From Acetofilamentum sp. (GTDB lineage: Bacteria; Hydrothermota; 32-111), in assembly GCA_020721805.1 (NCBI GenBank), contig DYMB01000001.1, positions 43,261 to 107,260 of the forward strand: a stretch of 64,000 nt of DNA, given 5' to 3'. Positions within the stretch are counted from its first letter, which is position 1; every line of letters begins with the position of its first letter. The notes beneath the pieces were generated by a model. The model had not been told where the DNA came from. It ran no database searches and was given only the letters and a program-made list of their open reading frames with translations. The position numbers were made by a program, and so were the translations under genes. This document shows positions 60,437 through 64,000 of this stretch, in pieces.

Positions 60437-61459
60437 TTACTTTTTTGTCTGAGGAAAAGGTGTTTGTGGATTCAGTAAAATCGTATCCGCTGAACCATCA
60501 GGGAAAGTTGCTATCATAATTGAAATATGAGTTGCATCCTCTGGATTATAAGTATAACCGGAAATATCCGCAGCATGAACCTTCTTGTATAAAAGTTCAC
60601 CCGTAAAATCAGTCTTTTCATAATGCTGATCGACGATTTCAGTCTCTTGTGTTGTTAAAGTCAAAAACCATCCTTTTTTTGTTTCCTCTGTAAATTTTAG
60701 AGTTGAATCCGAATTCATTTTTACAGTGTATTCAACCCAATCATCGTTGATTATATCATCAATTCTTGTTCTTAGTGAATCAACCAGAACGGTTGTATCA
60801 CCACTTTCATGTCCAACATAATCGAGTTCTAAAGCAACTTCATTCGTGATTTCGAGATGTGCTTGCAAAGAGATTGGTGTGTATTCATTGTAGTTCCAAT
60901 GCGAGATCGTTGTATACTGTGCGTTTATTTTAAGCCACATTAAATCTTTATTATCGCCTGATAAACTTATGTAAAGTTTTGTTGGAGTGCTCTGATTTGG
61001 GTCGCCTGAATAATATATTAAAGAATCAAAGAGTAGACTCATATTATGACTTGTATTAGTTGAATCGATAAATATCCATTTGAAAAGATAACCATTTGCT
61101 GGATTGTCAGGATCGGTTAAAACAAAATCGTATGCTGACGCATCATACTCATAGGTTCCATATCCGAAATTGAAAAAAAATTGAGGGGCTTTTACTATAG
61201 GATTGAATATCCTGTTGAATGAAATCGATGGGAATAAAATCGTGCCCTTGGATGTTCCACCCTTGTTGAAAAAATCTTGACTTGCTGCCGTTGTTAAAGT
61301 GGTATTCTCTCCATCATATTGGGCGGTTGGATTGTTTACTGATCTTTCAAAATCATTCAGGAATGCTTTGGTATCGTCAACACTAACTTTTTGTGGAAGT
61401 AAAGAACATGCTGCTAACACTAATAAAATAATAGTAAAAGAAAACAAAAATTTTTTCAT
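60437..61459 (-). CDS. Hypothetical lipoprotein
   Basis: MKKFLFSFTIILLVLAAC lipobox with AGGAGG RBS. Confidence 0.8.
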   Translation of the reverse strand: MKKFLFSFTIILLVLAACSLLPQKVSVDDTKAFLNDFERSVNNPTAQYDGENTTLTTAASQDFFNKGGTSKGTILFPSISFNRIFNPIVKAPQFFFNFGYGTYEYDASAYDFVLTDPDNPANGYLFKWIFIDSTNTSHNMSLLFDSLIYYSGDPNQSTPTKLYISLSGDNKDLMWLKINAQYTTISHWNYNEYTPISLQAHLEITNEVALELDYVGHESGDTTVLVDSLRTRIDDIINDDWVEYTVKMNSDSTLKFTEETKKGWFLTLTTQETEIVDQHYEKTDFTGELLYKKVHAADISGYTYNPEDATHISIMIATFPDGSADTILLNPQTPFPQTKK

Positions 61460-61478
61460 AAATTCCTCCTTTTATTTA

Positions 61479-61507
61479 ATTGTATTATTTTAAATTTGAA
61501 ATGTCAA
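61479..61507 (-). promoter_or_regulatory. Promoter of the lipoprotein gene
   Basis: On - strand, TTGACA-17 bp-TACAAT just upstream of the RBS. Confidence 0.7.
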
Positions 61508-61571
61508 TAATATTTTTCAAACAGATTAAGAATCAAAAAATATAACTTTTTATAAAAAAAATAGTTTTAAC

Positions 61572-61600
61572 TTGACAAGTTTTTTTTTTATCAATATAAT
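61572..61600 (+). promoter_or_regulatory. Consensus promoter of tRNA-Val(CAC)
   Basis: TTGACA-17 bp (containing T10)-TATAAT. Confidence 0.8.
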
Positions 61601-61610
61601 TAAAATTTAA

Positions 61611-61684
61611 GGGCGAATGGCTCAGTTGGTTAGAGCACCGGTCTCACATACCGGAGATCACAGGTTCGAGCCCTGTTTCGCCCA
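61611..61684 (+). tRNA. tRNA-Val(CAC)
   Basis: Acceptor GGGCGAA/TTCGCCC, anticodon arm CCGGT-CTCACAT-ACCGG, T loop TTCGAGC. No encoded CCA. Confidence 0.95.
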
Positions 61685-61773
61685 ATTTAATGACTTATGG
61701 CAAAGATAAGTATATTTTCACAAAGGAATTTTAATTGAAAGAAACTATTGAAAATTTTTGTTTTGGAAACTTT

Positions 61774-61804
61774 AAAGGGGAGTGTTATAACACTCCCCTT
61801 TTTT
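61774..61804 (+). terminator. Rho-independent terminator after tRNA-Val(CAC)
   Basis: Perfect palindrome AAAGGGGAGTGTTATAACACTCCCCTTT running into a T tract. Confidence 0.8.
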
Positions 61805-61814
61805 ATGGAGGTTA

Positions 61815-62540
61815 ATGATGGATCCTGTATATGAACATTTTAAAAAGATAGGAGAGATAGAGGAAAAAATTGAAAAAAATAGAATAAGGATGGGAGATAA
61901 TCCTTTAAAAAGGAGAGAGTTACAGGAAAAATTTGACTTGATAATGGATAAAATAAAAAAGTTGAATCAAGATAAGGAAAAATTGATTCTTGAAAACAAA
62001 GAACTTGAGCAGATGATACTGGTTTTGAGAGATAAAATAAAAGAGGATAAAGATTATCTTTTAACTGTAAAATCTAATGATGAATATATGATGATACTTG
62101 AAGGTATTTCAAATAAAAATAAAAAAATCGCTGAGAGTGAAGAGAAGGTCTTAAAAAATCTTTCAGAAATTGAAAAAATAGAACAGGATATAAATAAATT
62201 AAAAGAAAAAGACTCAACACTTGAAAACTTAAAAAAAGAGATTGAAAAAATAAATGAATTGTTAAAAGATATTGAGAATGAAAACAAAGAATTGGATCTG
62301 GGAAGAGAGAAACTTGTTTCCGAACTTCCTGAAGAATATCAAAAAAAGTATCAAAGAATTTATGAGAAAAGAAAAAAAAGGGTAGTGATACTTGTAAAGG
62401 AACCTTACTGTCTTGGTTGTTATTCATCAATACCAGCACAACTTTTTGAAAAAATTAAATCTATGAAAAAAATAGAGTTTTGTATAAATTGTGGAAGGAT
62501 ACTTATTTATAATAAAAATGAAAGTAACGATAAAATTTGA
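61815..62540 (+). CDS. Coiled-coil C4 zinc-ribbon (zf-RING_7 / COG1579-like) protein
   Basis: Long coiled coil, VKSNDEY, CLGC..IP, CINCGRIL. Precedes rnhA. Confidence 0.85.
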   Translation: MMDPVYEHFKKIGEIEEKIEKNRIRMGDNPLKRRELQEKFDLIMDKIKKLNQDKEKLILENKELEQMILVLRDKIKEDKDYLLTVKSNDEYMMILEGISNKNKKIAESEEKVLKNLSEIEKIEQDINKLKEKDSTLENLKKEIEKINELLKDIENENKELDLGREKLVSELPEEYQKKYQRIYEKRKKRVVILVKEPYCLGCYSSIPAQLFEKIKSMKKIEFCINCGRILIYNKNESNDKI

Positions 62541-62925
62541 TGGTGGATGTAAATATAATCCGGGACCCGCTGCCTGTGCATATAAAATAGAGACTCCAGA
62601 AGAAACTTTTACGGGAGGATGTTTTCTAAAAGAGTCAACCAACAATAAGGCGGAATGGGCTGGTTTATTATACTCTTTAAAAAGACTTAGGAGTATGTTC
62701 GATCTTAAGGGTATCGAACTGACAATCTGGTCAGACAGTGAACTTGTTGTCAATCAGCTTTTGAAAAGATATAGAGTAAAAAATGCTGAACTTAAAAAGA
62801 TTTACGATGAGGCATGTGAAATCCTCTCTTTAACAAAGGAATATAAAATCTTTCATATGAGAAGGGAAGAGAATAAAGAAGCCCATAAACTGGTTGAAAA
62901 AGTTTTTAAAGATAATGGATTTTAA
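62518..62925 (+). CDS. rnhA: Ribonuclease HI family protein
   Basis: FDGG...NPGP, TNNKAEW, SDSELVVNQ, H..REENKEA. Start at ATG 62518. Confidence 0.88.
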   Translation: MKVTIKFDGGCKYNPGPAACAYKIETPEETFTGGCFLKESTNNKAEWAGLLYSLKRLRSMFDLKGIELTIWSDSELVVNQLLKRYRVKNAELKKIYDEACEILSLTKEYKIFHMRREENKEAHKLVEKVFKDNGF

Positions 62926-62928
62926 ATT

Positions 62929-63321
62929 TTAAAATTCATCGAAAGAGAAAACATTTTCCAGATGTTTGATTGAAAATTTTTTAAAAAGAGTTTTTCCTTT
63001 CGTTATACCTATAAAATCGAATCTAAAATTATAATCGGCGAATTCGGGGTGTTTAAAGACAAAATATTTTGCACAATTATATATTCTTTCCTTTTTGATC
63101 TCCGTTATAGAATCTTCCGGCATTCCTTTTAAAATACTTTCTCTTAATTTTACTTCAACAAAAATTAAATAGTTATCCTTTACACATATAATATCTATTT
63201 CACCACTTCTACCAAATTTAAAATTTTTTTCAATTATTTTAAAACCCCTTAATCTTAAATAGTTGGAAGCTATATTTTCTCCGATTTTTCCTTTGGATTT
63301 ATTTTTAGGATCTTTCACCAA
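62929..63321 (-). CDS. yraN: YraN family PD-(D/E)XK protein
   Basis: G..GE..A..YL...G, GEIDII, FVEVK.R, RFD. Confidence 0.9.
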   Translation of the reverse strand: MVKDPKNKSKGKIGENIASNYLRLRGFKIIEKNFKFGRSGEIDIICVKDNYLIFVEVKLRESILKGMPEDSITEIKKERIYNCAKYFVFKHPEFADYNFRFDFIGITKGKTLFKKFSIKHLENVFSFDEF

Positions 63322-63937
63322 AGATTTTCTCTATGATTTCCTTTACAGGAGTAAAGGTTTTTCTATGGATTTCACATGGACCCTGTTTTAAGATTATCTC
63401 AATATGTTTTGGAGTTGCATAACCTTTATTTGTCTGAAAATCATAATCTGGATATTCCATACCATAAAATTCCATTATTCTATCCCTATGAACTTTGGCT
63501 ACTATTGATGCGGCGGCTATTGAGAAAGATTTTGAATCACCTTTTATTATAGATTCCTGCTCTATCGAGATATTGGGTATAGGGTATCCATCAACGAGTA
63601 TGACATCTGGAACTATTTTCAATCTTACCAGAGCCCTTTTCATAGAAAGATAGGTTGCCTGTAAAATATTTATTTTGTCTATCACGACATTATCCGTATA
63701 AGCGATACCAACAGCTAGTGCATCTTCCATTATTTTCTGATAAAGTTCTTCTCTTTTTTCTGGAGATAATTTTTTAGAATCATCTATTCCATCTATATTT
63801 ACAGTATCCGAAAAAATAACTGCAGCCGAAACAACAGGACCAGCGACAGGACCCCTGCCAGCTTCATCGATTCCAGCTATAAAGTAGCGATTTTTACGCC
63901 ACCACTTTTCTTCATAAATTTTTAAATTTCTTTTCAT
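63305..63937 (-). CDS. rnhB: Ribonuclease HII
   Basis: GIDEAGRGP.AGPV, DSKKL, KGD, IAAASIVAKV.RD, HRKTF. Confidence 0.96.
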   Translation of the reverse strand: MKRNLKIYEEKWWRKNRYFIAGIDEAGRGPVAGPVVSAAVIFSDTVNIDGIDDSKKLSPEKREELYQKIMEDALAVGIAYTDNVVIDKINILQATYLSMKRALVRLKIVPDVILVDGYPIPNISIEQESIIKGDSKSFSIAAASIVAKVHRDRIMEFYGMEYPDYDFQTNKGYATPKHIEIILKQGPCEIHRKTFTPVKEIIEKIFGERS

Positions 63938-64000
63938 TCTACCTTTAAAGCTGCCTTCCCGGTTCTTTTTCTCATATAGGTTAATTTTGCTCTTCTAACC
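63934..64000 (-). CDS. rplS: 50S ribosomal protein L19, C-terminal end (truncated by window edge; missing from the ORF track)
   Basis: Reverse strand reads VRRAKLTYMRKRTGKAALKVE*. The stop overlaps the rnhB ATG (ATGA). rplS-rnhB-yraN synteny. Confidence 0.88.
   Translation of the reverse strand, partial: VRRAKLTYMRKRTGKAALKVE

Noticed and set aside
61697..61738. 13-codon ORF MAKISIFSQRNFN after tRNA-Val(CAC) as a leader peptide
   Set aside because: No RBS and no enrichment of regulatory codons.
171..62753. Numerous short ORF-track entries antisense to or nested in confident genes (e.g. 3424-3786, 9970-10461, 17685-18068, 44253-44663, 62074-62439)
   Set aside because: They are Phe/Ser/Ile-rich shadows of Lys/Glu-rich sense genes and have no motifs or RBS.
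1..64000. CRISPR array, rRNA, integrase/transposase or prophage
   Set aside because: No regularly spaced repeats were seen, no intergenic space is long enough, and no such protein motifs were recognised.

Overview
A gene-dense, very AT-rich chromosomal segment from a diderm bacterium (secretin, lipoproteins, PorV/FadL-like barrel). The gene mix is compatible with an FCB-related candidate lineage, but sequence alone cannot establish this. There are about 68 CDSs and three tRNAs: Val-TAC, Ala-CGC and Val-CAC. I saw no CRISPR array, rRNA, integrase or transposase. Genes run mostly on + from 1 to 45.9 kb and on - from 45.9 to 61.5 kb. Housekeeping genes include gatCAB, eno, efp, pgpA-cinA-thpR-recA-recX, murA, ispG, glyA, znuABC, rarA, buk, pfkA, rnhA, rnhB and rplS. 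The main candidate for an undescribed system is a type IV pilus control locus at 8.3-25.1 kb. It contains HTH-pilMNOPQ, then TPR-efp-pilT/U-mglA, a tandem DnaA-like AAA+ protein without a DNA-binding domain, a DUF4388/MshEN/TPR protein, and cheR-cheD-cheB-TPR-cheW, with no cheA, MCP or mglB in the window. Other oddities are a secreted-protein ORF that must be read through tRNA-Val(TAC), a DnaA-box cluster upstream of the pil operon, a degenerate CitD-CitE fusion, an sAC-like cyclase-NTPase-TPR gene between two tRNAs, and an ORF frameshifted at an A8 run. All calls come from reading motifs by eye; no searches were run.
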